A program made the position numbers and the translations under genes. The notes under the pieces are model-generated. The model had not been told where the DNA came from and made no database searches. It worked only from the letters and a program-made list of their open reading frames with translations. Below, piece by piece: positions 12,394 through 25,062 of a DNA stretch of 64,000 nucleotides (the stretch's first letter is position 1; each line of letters begins with the position of its first letter). This stretch comes from Marsupella aquatica. Lineage: Eukaryota > Plantae > Marchantiophyta. The stretch covers positions 13,248,549-13,312,548 of the forward strand of contig OZ316896.1 of assembly GCA_973895155.1 (NCBI GenBank), given 5' to 3'.

Positions 12394-14406
12394 TAGCTCA
12401 AGAGGGGGGAGGCAGGAAAGTCCCAGTCAGTCCCATGGTTCCATCTCATTACATACAGGGCCAATTATTTCAGGACCCTCCATGCAATACTGCCCTTAAG
12501 AGCAATTTTCCTGGTCAGGTGGATGCATGAAAGGCGAGTTGTGTGGCCGGTCAGCTTGTCTGGTGTGGACTCACCGGGTCGGAGTCAATCTTTAATGAAC
12601 CTTGATGGTCTTCTGTCAATTCCATTTGCACCTGTGTCTTCCAGATGTCTTGCAATGTGTTGATCTATGTCCACATGTTTGAAGAGGGTGTGCAGGCAAC
12701 CATTCTGCACACTCAAAGATGCAAGTTCTGGTGTGGGTGAGGCAAATTCTGGCAGGTCAGGCTCCAGGATTATAATTGTGTAGGGCTATGTGTGGAGCCA
12801 GTGTTTCCCCAGCTGGTCACAATTATGTTGTCCCTGGCCGGGTATTTACCACAACCGATGAGAATGCTCTTAGAGCATCTCCACCAGTTTGGCGGGCACC
12901 AGTCCCCATGGAATAGGAATAGAGATCTGTTTATGGCTATTGAGCTGCCATTGCTGCTATAGAAAGACCACAACCCCACTAAGAAGCCTCATACTGACCT
13001 CTATCCCGCAAACTGTGTGTTTGTACCTTCAAATGTATTGTGCAACTGAATCCGGATGTGCCTTTTTCGCCATTGATGGAAATGAAAGTTTGAATAGCAG
13101 GCTCGTTTGGCGACCTCCTTCCATGCTAAAACTGGCTAACAGTTTAGATTAAGAAGTTGTCACTGTAATATTTAGAGATACAGGTTACTAATTGGGGTAC
13201 CAACAATGGCTTGTCTGGTTCATTTGGCAGTTTAGTGCGGGAATATTAGCACTGGAAGAGATGCTCTAATCCTCCTTGTAATCCTTGGTTTTTTAATCTA
13301 AGGTTATGATCACTAGCCTCGGCATGTAGAGGAAGGGCTCCATATCTCAGACTTCCTCTGGAGTCCTCACCCATCTCAAGCCTCAAAACTGGAATGTAGT
13401 TTGTGATCTTCTTTTCCAATTTCCTTGTAGAGAGGAGCCTGTTACAACATTCCCATGCATAGGCACCATACCCAGCTGCTACTGGCCAAAGTGGCAAGGA
13501 GATTGAGCACTCACAGGCCCAGGCAGTAAAGTAGCCTGGTAGGGTTCCCAACCCACACCACTAAACTCACTAAAACTGGAGCACCACAAGCTCTAGTCGG
13601 GCAGTGTACCACAACACACATTTCAACTTGTCTCGTCCAGGTTGTTGGATTCAAAGCCAAACATCCAATCTCCCCATCAGCAGAGAAAGGAGGTCCAAAG
13701 ACGGGCAGACCTGAGGCCCCTACAGGATGGGAAGAATTGCGCAGGAGAGCCAAATTTGGCCTAGGTCAGGGTTTGAGTGCAACCCTATTGAGTTCCTGTG
13801 GGGAGACAAAAAAAATGGATCCAGAGAAAAACCCACTATATTTTAGAATGCTCTTATGCTACTACGTTCTACCATTCTGGGGTATGGGGGCAAAAAACCA
13901 TTCAAAGAGGACAGACTTATATTCCTCGGCTTATATTCCTCTTGTGTCCTGAGCACCAACTATGGGAGACACAGCGTAAATAATAATTCTGCACTCGACT
14001 AACCTCAAAGTAGAAACACAGTAAGAAATACACAACTGTCGTCTCGAGGATTGTAACAACCTTTAAGCAATGGGGTCATCTGAGCTGTCCATCTCTGGGC
14101 TACTTTCTATCGATGGCAGGAACTCGGCCACAGCAGGCAAGACAACAGCCTCCCTGAATACCAGCCAGGCACGGATTGGACAAATGAACAAACAAAAAAT
14201 CACACCAGAATCAGTCTGGAGACATTTGCATGAAGCACTGTTTATTGGGAACGTTCCCAACTTTCCAAAAGAGTATTTTGCCCATCCTCGAGAACAGAGA
14301 GCCTGTGGATTTTAATATTGGCGCTTTGCAGGGTTTTGTTTGGCTACATATTGAGGGAAACCAGATGCCTGTCTTCTCCTAAGATGGTTTTGGATAATAG
14401 GCTCAT

Positions 14407-14671
14407 CAGCGTTTTATTAGTGCCAAATTCCACCTCACTGAAAAGTGTTCACCACTTTTGGCAAGAATACGTAAAACTTTTTGTCTTCGGTTAGCCGGTT
14501 CAACCACAGACCCTATTTGCCATACTCCCAGTTATCCTTTAATCTAGGGAGATCTAGCCTCAAATCAATTAAAAAAATTTAGTGAGAATCTTCGTAGTAT
14601 CTAGAACCTATTCACACTATGTAAAATTCACCAACCTGGCCAAAAAGGCACATAATCTTAGAAATAGGGGG
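14407..14671 (+). mobile_element. Decayed hAT-like MITE, same family as 34331-34616
   Basis: Begins CAGCGTTTT and shares CAAATTCCACCTC..AAAAGTGTT..CCACTTTTGGC and ATTCACCA..CTGGC.AAAAA with the 34331 copy. The right TIR is degraded. Confidence 0.5.
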
Positions 14672-17600
14672 ACTCCACTCTAATTTATTTGGAGCCGCTG
14701 TGGTGTCGTGTGAAGTGCACATGTCTGCAACGAGCTCCTATCGCTCACCAAGATGCACTCCTAGAATTCAGTATCAATGGACTGAACTTGATCTTAATCT
14801 CACCCTTACAGTGCGTTTTTCCGTAGTAGTTGACCTTCCTCATTTTGATATTTAATTAGAGGACTAATGTAACAGAACTGCATACTGTAGATTCTTATAA
14901 TACCCAAGCCCAGGTTGAGGGAAAGAAAATACATTACTGGAATGATGTACTTTGCTAATCCCTCATAGAAAACAAATAGGAATAACGGAACGTAATCTGT
15001 CCATTGCAAGTAATTCGTTAACCACTAGTTAAGTCACGAAAAAAACTTACACAAGCAAATAATGCGGGAACGCTCCATACTCCCCTATCACTAGAATCAC
15101 TTCCCTTGATGTGAGAGCTTAATAACCTTCCTTATTGTTGGCACGATAGACAGGTAACACACCTTTGGCTGGTCAAGGTGCTGTTACCTCGTGGTCTGTC
15201 ATACCATGGGAGTAGTCACAGCCGTGACCAAAATCAATGGTTCTGGGGAGGCGTAGGGGCGAGTAGTGATGTTATGGAAACCTGATACAATTTATATGTT
15301 GACTCCTGGTTATGTGGAGAGTCCTATATGGCAAGTTGTGGTTTAAGGCAATGAGGAGGGGCATCTCCACCCGTCCTGGAAAATGGGTCTGGCTTAGGAC
15401 ATTTCCATGCGGGTGCTCTCTAAATTTAATCCACTGATGGTTGCCTTTGCAGTATGTGTTGCCCTCTCCTTCCCAAATTGTCAAATATTATGTTAGCCAT
15501 CCTGCCTGTTGTTTTCACCCCAACCTCTAAAAATGTTGGCATTCCATGCTTCCCAACTCAACTTGCTGCTTGGCACTGGTTGAGGAATGGTCAACAAACC
15601 CGACCCAAACTTTGACAAAAGGGAAGAACAGGATATGTTGCACTTAACAAGGTTTTGTGCTCATGGAATTTGTGTTTAGAGAGAGCCTACTGCATACTGT
15701 GTTGTGTGATAGAACATTATGGTTCATAATCTATTCCATAGAATGCAGTCATCGGCCTAAATTCTACCAGAAAATTTTGATATTTAGCCTATGATTGTGA
15801 ATGGGGATGGTCATAGGAGTGTGGATACAGCCTTTTCAGTTCATAGGCAGAGATATTTTGGGCTATTTCGAGAGTAACAGGTGGCAAATATTTCAATGAT
15901 CTTCGGGTTTCGTTCTCTCTAATAGGACAAACGTAGACAATACAAGCTTGGGACCAAAATAGTCCTTTTCGAGAGTCCAATTTTAGCCAAGCTCATGTCT
16001 GACCATTCGCACCTTTCTTCACAATAATTGCAGCACAACGACAATGCATCGAATTCTTGCCTTGTATCACCCTAGTAATGCCATGGACCACGTTAATAAT
16101 TTTTCCAATGTCCGTGAGACAGAGACGTCAACACACTCTACAGTAATCGCATGGCAAGCACGCCCTAGGGAAAAGAATAAAAAGGAGATTGTGGTGCAAT
16201 ATTGTCATTACGTGTCCACCGCCTCTTAAGGAGGGCTAAAAAGCAGGTACAATAAAGTTTTGTCAAGCGAGTCTCCTTTGGGCACAGAGACCAAGGCACC
16301 AACCATGGCAGACCTTCTAGACATGATGAATGTAAAAGAATAAAATAAAAACCACTCATTATTTTAGTGTTTCTTTCACCTCGTGGTGCACGAGAATTCC
16401 CACGAGAGATATACTCCGGATGTCTCTCCATTAGCAGTGCTCTTCATCCAGAAAGAAGGACCCCATTCGAAGATTCTGGGTTTTTCAGAATCCAAGCCCT
16501 AAACTGCAAATTAGTGGCTTCATTCATTCATGTGAAGGAAATTGTCGTCTACACTGATGAATTAATGCAGCCTGAATAAAAATAAATCATGCATTTTAAA
16601 CAATAGTTGTGTGCCGAATAGAGGAAGGTTGGTGCCCCATGCATTTTTAAACAATAGTTGTTTGCCCAATGGAAGAAAAGTGGGTGTCCCGATTCGCATG
16701 AAATTCTTCACTCATGCATCCATGAATTAGTCTAGAAAATACGCATTCTCTAGTTATTGGTAGTAACAAAAATTTCTCACTCAGGCTAATTTGATGCTAA
16801 CATTACTCATGGTGAGGGTGTAGATTGCCACCATGGTTGTCAAATATCCTGACTTGTTATTTTAGATTAGTATGACAATGTCACTCTATCTGAGTGTCAA
16901 GTCCAGATTAGGGCAATAGAACTGATGGTCACTAGGGACCTTGCCAAGACCAAAATGGGCTTGCAGTTTCACCCCCTTGTAGAGTGTCCAAACAGAAAAA
17001 TGGATTCACTTTCAATTTTATGCAGAAGTGCAAACTCAATTTAAACCCAGAGTTTATGGAAACTTTTGTCTATTCCATCTCGAACTGGCGGAGTTTTTCA
17101 CCAATCTTATGGCCTTGGGTTAAATTGGCATCAAAGTGACACTTGTACAATGCTTAGAGGAAAATTCTGTTTATCCACCGCTGGCAGTGTAAAATGTCCA
17201 AAAACTCATCCTTTTTCCACTATGACCCCTCCTCTACATATTAACTTACGCACAATTGACTGGATTATTTTAGTGCTAGTTTTACAAAACCAATTCAAAA
17301 TATAATCTATCCGCACACTTGCTTACCCAGGCATGACTGGTGACTTTCTTGGAAAAAAGAAGCAAGACATAACAAAAGCAGCACTAAAGGAAAGATTTGC
17401 TTGAAAAAAATTGACCACCAAATCAACCAAAAAAATAATTTTTAATGTTTTTCAAAAGAGGCACAAAGACATAACAAAGTAACCAGTTTATATATGTCTA
17501 ATGTCCAGGAAATGATACATTGTTTTGTGTCTTCTGGTATTACCATACACTAGCCCACTAGCCCAATGCACGTGTGTATGCAAAAGAAATGCTCCCCTGT

Positions 17601-18829
17601 ACCCAGACTCCATGTGCCTGTCCTTTACACATAAGGGTGCTCTTTTTTTTAAATGTACCAGAGAAATTATGGCCTATGGATTCCAAGATGACTCAATGTG
17701 GATGGTCTGAACCATGTCTTGTCTCCGTCACCCCTAACTTGGTTTTCTTCGGCCTTCCTCCAACCTGTGGTAAATTTTCTTTCCTCCCCTTACCCCTTCC
17801 CGAGCTAACCATATTGGCTCAAGGCTGGAGCTATTTAGTTGGACTAGGCTGAAGGTAGCGTTGGAGAGGTAAGCACGGGCAAGTAGAGAGCCTCCATGTC
17901 TCCACCCACCAATCTCCTATCATCTCAGGTTAATATAGTAGAGTTACCCCAACTGATAAAAGAAATGGAGGCAACCTGATTATTAGATTAGTTTTGGGGT
18001 TAACTTACGAATTTCAAAGCAATTTGGGGATATGATCGTAACAAAGACGGTTATGGGATTTGGCTGGTTCTGGATTGTGTATGTTGCTGAGTCTTTGTGC
18101 TTTGCATTTTATTGCCAAAAAACATTGTCGTTGGAGACACAAGAAAACAAGATTTTAATCAGTTGTAGATAACACCTGTAAAACAATATAAAATAATCTA
18201 GAGCGTCAAGCCACCGTGACAACGTTAGTCCTGAATGGACAAGATTCTCAGAGGTACCAACTAAAAAGCTATATTTTACAAGAAGGGGTGTTATTTCGTG
18301 TCCCTAGACATGTTTTTTAAATCCTCCCTTCATACATGAGTCAAACATGCCTTGGTCAAACAACTTAAGACCCTCTAAATCAGACCTGTCTAATCCAGTT
18401 GAAACCCTGCTCCAGGATTTGATAATTATAGTGGTAACCATAAGTATTCTTTGGGACCACCATATATCTGCACGTTGCTCGATGCAGATACCTTAAGCTA
18501 ACCTCTCAAGATTAGCCTGAAGTTTGTCAAGGAATATCGCAGCAACCTTGATTTGGATTGCTTGGAGACACCGTTTGCAGTTGTAGAATATGGTATTTAT
18601 ATCTAATGGAATAGAATCATGATCTTAATTGACAACTTGGAATATGATGAAACTGAATCTTACCCTTTCTTCAACTGTAGTTTCCTAGTCTGCCCGGCGT
18701 GTGGACCGTAGATGCGAGTAATCGATGGCATGAACTGGAATTACTTGGAACTTGTCAACTCACGCTCTTTCCAGTTTTACTCATGAAAAAAATTTCATCA
18801 CGGGCAGTCTTATGTTCTGAATTTCATGG

Positions 18830-19340
18830 CTTTTCCACTTGTGGGCCTCCCTATTGACTGTTTCCCTGGAACTTAAGTATTCAGCCTCTGGCTCTGGCCT
18901 TTCTTCCAAAGAAAAAACATCTTGTGTAATTTGGTATACACGGCTTTAGCGTCTTACAGGTCTCTTGCCTTTGGGTTCACCCTTCCACTGGGACTTAAGT
19001 GTTCGGCCTCTATCCTCCTTGTCAAAGAAAAAGTTTCATGTTCTCAATATGTCATGGCTTTGCCGCTAGCTTTTTGGTCTCTCACTTGTCTGCTGGCACC
19101 CCCTCCTGGGTGTTTCCCTGGATGTTAAGTGTTGGCCTGTCCTTGTAGCCAAGAAGTTTTTCCACTTTCGGGTCTACCACTTTTAGGTTCACACCCCCAT
19201 ATTGGCTGATTCCCTGGAACTTAAGTGTTTGGCCTCTGTCCTTCCAGCCATAGACTTTTGGCACATTTGGGTCTCTTGCTGGTAGGTTCACGCCCCCCCT
19301 TTAGGCTGTTTCCTGGAAATCATTAAGTGTTTAGCCTCCC
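18830..19340. repeat. Degenerate tandem array (~95-125-bp units)
   Basis: CCCTGGAACTTAAGTGTT.GGCCTCT-like core recurs near 18864, 18988, 19116, 19212 and 19311. Confidence 0.7.
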
Positions 19341-20458
19341 GCATGTCTGAAAAAAACCAAAGATATAAAAACTCTTGTGTTTGGAGGATCCTTCCTTAAT
19401 TCTCATGATCCCAGAGTAGTGGGGATAACACAGTGTATGACATCAACACAATTTTAGAGATCAGCAAATTGAATGTATGGAGTGTGAAAGTTGCCTATTG
19501 TTCTCAAAAGATATGTGTAGGACGAATGTTGCCTACAAATTTCTATAAATGTGAGTGGTATGCAGGGGGGCTTTCCTAATTTTTCATTATTGGTTATCAG
19601 GTATGGTGGGATGTGTGGTTTGTGAGTGTTGCCATTGTACAAGAAGAAGCGAGAACAAATTCCAGTTTGGGAAGCTGACCATGGCGCGCACAGGACATGT
19701 GTGGCTGGTCTGCGTGTCAGCCTCTCCTTCTGAGCTTGGCTTGTACTCTTGTATATGACGGTAAAACAAGTTTTTTGAAACAAATACAATCAAATTGAAC
19801 CTGCCAAATGCTGTGTCTACCTCATAAGACCAAGTGGTTTCAAACCCTTTAAAAAAAAGACCAAAAATGGTTTTCCTGTTGGTGGATTGTCGACAGCAGG
19901 TTTTAAAACAATAAAGGAGGTACTCTTGTACCTGTGTGCAAGTACTACCTCGTAACCCTTGCCTTTGGCATGCCAAACCCTCAACAAGAGTCCCATTCGC
20001 AGTGAGCTGAAGGCTTCTATAAATAACCAAAGCATGGCTCAGCTTACTCAGGATATTTTTGGACTGGAATCATATGACAACCTATGCTTGCCGAGCAATA
20101 TGATTCCAACCATGTGGTTCTCAACTCCCTTCCATCTCTTAGAGTAGGGAAGCATATGTTAACCAATCCTCGATTAACGTTAGGTAACTTTTGAAAGGAT
20201 GAATAACAAGTCTTGCATGAGTTTGTGAGCTTGATGTAACTCTTAGTTGATGGTCAGGTAAGATTTGAAGCTTCAGAATGTTTGTTGGGCAATATTTCCT
20301 TCTTAAATTTCTTATCCTTCTCCACAGACCAAAACACAAAACATTCTGAATCTGCCTAGAGTCAGTCACACTTCTTAGAATAACATTATCTTCCAACCAT
20401 GCATATTGTTACTGACGAAATACAATATATTTTGACTTTTGCTACGTTAACAATATGT

Positions 20459-21512
20459 CATGGACCGAGCTCGAATTCTTTCACCGGAGGGAAGGGCACA
20501 GGAGGCTGGCTTCAGGCCAATCCAGTCATTCCTCACCTACGGATGTCTTCAGCGGAGTTTGCGACAGCCATGCGTCTTCGTATGGGCTTGCCCCACCCAC
20601 TTCTTGCTGGTTTACCTCCTACTTGCACTTGTGGGAAGCCTTGTGATGCCACAGGTGTCCATCTTCTTCGATGCAGTTTGGGCGGCGAAACCATTTTTGT
20701 TCACAACGCTGTGAGAGATGCGACTGCTCAAGTTCTCTCTAGCTCTTTGGTCTGCGCACGGCGGGAGGTGGTGCTCGAGTTACCTGGTCCTCCATCACAG
20801 CGGTTACGGGTGGATCTTACCATGGTCCGTGATGGTCACCGTACTTTGGCAGATGTAGTGGTGGCAAACCCATTGCGCCAAGACATCATTGGGACAGCGG
20901 CAACAACGGCAGGGGCAGCAGCATCACGAGCAACAACAACGAAGGAGGCCAAATATGCTGCACGAGCTTCATCTGATAGCTTCCTGCCCCTTGCTCTTGA
21001 GATATTTGGGCGTCTCCATCATCAGTTCGACGGGCTTCTTTGCCAAGCTGCTCGGGATGTTCACGGCCGGATGGGTCCCACCGGGCCCCCGCTATCTGTT
21101 TTGACCACGCACTTTCGCCAACGCATTTCAGTCACCTTACAGCGTGCTCAAGCTTGGGCCGTCTATCGTCGATCTCTGACAGTGGGTGCTAGTGTGACTC
21201 CGCAGCGGCTAGCCCCCCTAGAGGACATTCCTGTCCCACTTGCCGATCTAGTTTCGACACTTGATGTAGACCACTAGCTTGTTGCCACATTTGCTAGGTA
21301 TGATGAGGACCTTGGTCCATTTGCGGTAGTTTTAGTGACTCTTTCTTGGTTTTTAGGGGTTTCCTTTTGCTCACTTCTTTTAGTTCCTCTTTCTTGGTTT
21401 TTAGGGTTTCCTTTTGCTCACTTCTTTTGCGTTTGGTTTTCTCCACTTGGGACCTCTCTTGTTTATTCTTTTGTTCTCTATTTGGCCTTTTTCTGTATAA
21501 AGTATGTGTATA
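20459..21512 (+). mobile_element. 5'-truncated CRE-like non-LTR retrotransposon (CCHC + RLE endonuclease end and 3' UTR)
   Basis: ORF 20399-21277 has GGWLQANP, RLRMG, CTCG..D..G.HLLRC (CCHC knuckle), RVDL, ADV, KEAKY and E.FG (PD-(D/E)xK-type RLE). The T-rich 3' UTR ends TATGTGTATAT. Nearly identical to 44403-45710. Confidence 0.85.
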
Positions 21513-23366
21513 TAAAATGACTTTTGATTTGAAACTACTTGACTTTGGCTACTGCCAGCTAAACTACAATTCTTGATAAAGTAAATAGTGTGAAACATGT
21601 CCATAGTGGTGCTTGGGTCACACTTTTGGGGAACAAAATATGTCGTGGGCCACCATGTAGAGTGTATCCACTACATGTGTCCATTCCAACGTGATTTGAT
21701 TGTTCTTTGTTTATGTCAATCTATTGTTTATATTTCTAGTAACGTTAACATGTAGGTTGCTTCCACTATATGTCTCCATTCCCACATGATCTGATTGTTC
21801 TTTGGTTGTATCCATTTTGAAAATACTAGCCCAAATGCCCTAGGTTTGCTTTGCTTGGAAATAAACAGTTGGTAATATGGTGTCGGTTTCCAGTTCCACC
21901 CCAACTTCTAATGACCCCACTTCACTCTAAGCCGCAGGCCCTTATAGTGCATTTAGATGGTGATTTAAGAATTAGATATCACCATTCTCAAAATATTCAG
22001 TCCCCTTTGGATGGTTTTCCCCATGAAGGGTGAGAGGAAGTTGGGACTGTTAAGTTTTGGAGTCCTATGAGGAAAGCCACACTGCTATTGGTGTTAGAAT
22101 CTTATTAGTGTGAGCAGTAAATTAGGGTTACTAACAATGAAAGTGTAATATGGCTTTTCTAGACTATTTCAATCATACTAAGGCCACATGTTTTGTTGCT
22201 GAACCTGGGACACTCAACTTCTTTCCTTTGGGCAAGAAAAGGTTGTTAACTATTCATGAATTCCAAAAATTTGATAATGCTACTTCATGACTCTATCAAC
22301 AATTTGCTCCAATCACTAGAATCTGTGGGGTGTCTCAAACCTGACCGGTCTCAAAGTATGAGTTTTGGACTTTGGTAAAACAAGTGTTGGTGAGTCTGCC
22401 ACTTTATTTCCAAAATAATCTGTGTGACCAATGGCCCTAAGAGGGTTATGGAATTTAATTCCTGAGGGCGGTGAGTCCAAGGGGTGTGACAGTCATGACC
22501 TCCAAGTGGCCATGGATTATCAAACATAACCCTTGATGTAGTTTGCTCTACTCATGACCTGAAAATTGCACTTGGATTTGGCTAACCCTCCTGGCGGGCT
22601 ACTCAGGGGGTGCTCAAACCATGTAACCTCAGGTAGCTCTGCAAGGGTTAATGGCTTATAACCATCCATAAAGGTACCAAAAAAAAAGTATGAGAAAGAT
22701 TTGCAGAAATAGGGAATGAATAATTGCACTGCACAGTATAAATGAAGAGCAGGACCAAAAAATTAAAAAGCAAGAGAGGGGACGATGTACATAGGATGGT
22801 GTCGCTTTATTGCAGAGCTCCCAACGAGACAGAAAAAAGTCTTGTCTCCTCTGCCCCCCTTCTAAACCTTTTATGCTGCGCAGAGTCTGATGCAGAATTA
22901 TATTTTTGGGGGACACCAATATGCTGGCGACACTTTTACATAAGGATGTGGTCCGTATGGACAAAATAATATATTTGCACTAGTATTCTAGCGCCCTGTG
23001 GGCCGTAGAGCTCCCTGGAAACCACTTAAATAAAATGTGCCCAGGGACTGACCATGTCGGAACATTTGTTGGGCACATACTCGAGCACAAGGTTTTGTTT
23101 TCTCGTTTTTTTCCAGCTTTTCCCTTTAGTAGGGGTCTCAATTTTCAGTTCTTGTCATACCATCTGACCCTACCTGTTCTCTTAGTCAGGTGATGTTTTT
23201 CTATCTGTCCAGCGTATGAAGCTTTCGCACCCCTGTGTGTTACTTATGTCTGCTATGAACAAAATATTTAGGAACACTAATCTTGAAGTACAGGAGGATT
23301 GTGTCCGCAGCCCATTACTCACCTCTTAACTAGTGTGAGCGTCTGAACTAGATGCACCCCTAAATT

Positions 23367-23478
23367 GAGAGAAGTGTTATTTAATGGACCCTATGAGGCC
23401 CCATGAGATTTTAGGACCGTGGAATTAAGGGCTATCAAGGGTATGGATCACTCATGGGGTCCATCAAGAATATCTCTC
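23367..23478. mobile_element. Small MITE relic (PIF/Harbinger-like)
   Basis: Imperfect TIRs GAGAAGTGTTATTTAATGGACCCTATGAG / CTCATGGGGTCCATCAAGAATATCTCTC. TSD unclear. Confidence 0.45.
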
Positions 23479-24851
23479 TAGTGCAGACTCATGCAGCTCA
23501 CTTTCAAGGTGGTCTTTGTCTGCCCGATTGCTTTGGTCCAGTATCTTCATGGTAAGTTGGTTTGCTAATCTCAATTGCAAAAAGCTACTTAAACTTGCCT
23601 TGAGAAAAGAAAGTTCCATTTATCCCAACCAGTTTTGTTTGGTGAGTATATTTTCCTGGTGTTTAGCTTATACCTATCCAAAACTTGCATTGGTGGCCAA
23701 TTCAACAGATAGAAAGGTTTCTTGGGGATTGCATCTCATACCTTACTTTGTCTTATTAAGATTGTTGTAGTTTATTTTTGTTTCAAGTTGCCTTAGACAT
23801 GTCTTTGGCATCATTGGTTTTAGAATTATTTCCTCCCTCTCAAGCTTTTGATATCCTTCTCCTAGAACCCCTCTTTATCTATTTACTCCATTTTCAATCT
23901 TCCAAGGATTGCGAGTAGTTCATGGTTTTCAGTTACTCACAGTAGGGTCAGTACGTGAGAAGTACACTTTTTACAACGAGATTCACAAAATTTTAGGAAG
24001 CTCAACGGTAGTCTATTAGAAAAATGACATGTCAGGATGGCTTTTAAAGTGGGGCTAACATTTTATAAAGTCATGAACAGTGAGGAGCAGGCACAAGTAC
24101 CAAGTCACCAAAAACAAATGTGTCCTTACTTTAAGGTGGTTCATAAAAAATCATCCCAATGATTAAATATAATTGTGATATCATAATTTTTTGAGAGGGA
24201 AACACTATAAAAACAAGTTTAATTACTCTTTTTCTGGATCCTCCCACCTTTTGTTAGAGTAAAGAAGAAAGGGGCACCAATTTATCTTAACAGAATAGTC
24301 CTGAAAGATTTTTAATATAACTTTAGAAAGGTTGTTTAAACTTGTAGCAATCTCATCGTACGAATATTCTGAGGTTGTGATAACTAAAAATTAAGTTTAG
24401 ATAAATTGAACTAAATTTAACTAGCATAGTTTTCAATCAATCTAGGGTTTAATTTAGTCTTCGTTTCTCGAGAAACCGAGCATATTTTTCGAGCCCACCG
24501 ATTTTGGAGGTGGAATCTTGGAATTTTGAGCTGGGCGCCAATTCATTATTTTGCGACAACTAGATTATTAGAAAACTACGGCAATAGGCCGTGAAGGAGG
24601 GCTCAAGGAAGTTTTCGAGCCTGCCCCATGGCTTTAGGAAGAGGCGCCGGGCACAGTACAGTGCTTTACTACTGTACCAGAGGGGATTGTTTTTCCTCTC
24701 TACCCGAGGTACTGTACGTACGGTACGCTGAGCATGCAGAAGGCCGCGGAGGACGAGGGAACGCCACTTCTTCACTTCTCAATTTTATTTTTTTCCTAAG
24801 GGTTTCAGACCGTGGAGGCACTTTCCCACCTGCCCGGAACACTGCATGCTG

Positions 24852-25062
24852 CTGCCCTGCCCTGCCCTGCCCTGCCCTGTGTCTGGTCTGGTCCTGGGGC
24901 TTGAATGATTATTTTTTCTTGGGCCGGGCAGGGAAGGGCAGGGCAGAGCCGAAGAAGAAAGCTCCTGTGTGTCTGGTAGGGTCTGGTCTTAGGCTTGATT
25001 GATTATTTTTCGTAGGGCCGGGCAGGGAAGGGCAGGGCAGAGAAGAAGAAGAAAGCTCCTGT
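24852..25062. repeat. (CCCTG)5 tract followed by a ~71-bp direct repeat carrying G-quadruplex-type motifs
   Basis: 24898-24968 is similar to 24992-25062. Each copy contains GGGCCGGGCAGGGAAGGGCAGGG. Confidence 0.8.

Noticed and set aside
20433-21527. TGACTTTTG as TSD of the truncated LINE
   Set aside because: It is present on both sides but offset by ~17 nt on the left and ~6 nt on the right in AT-rich DNA, so it cannot be distinguished from chance.
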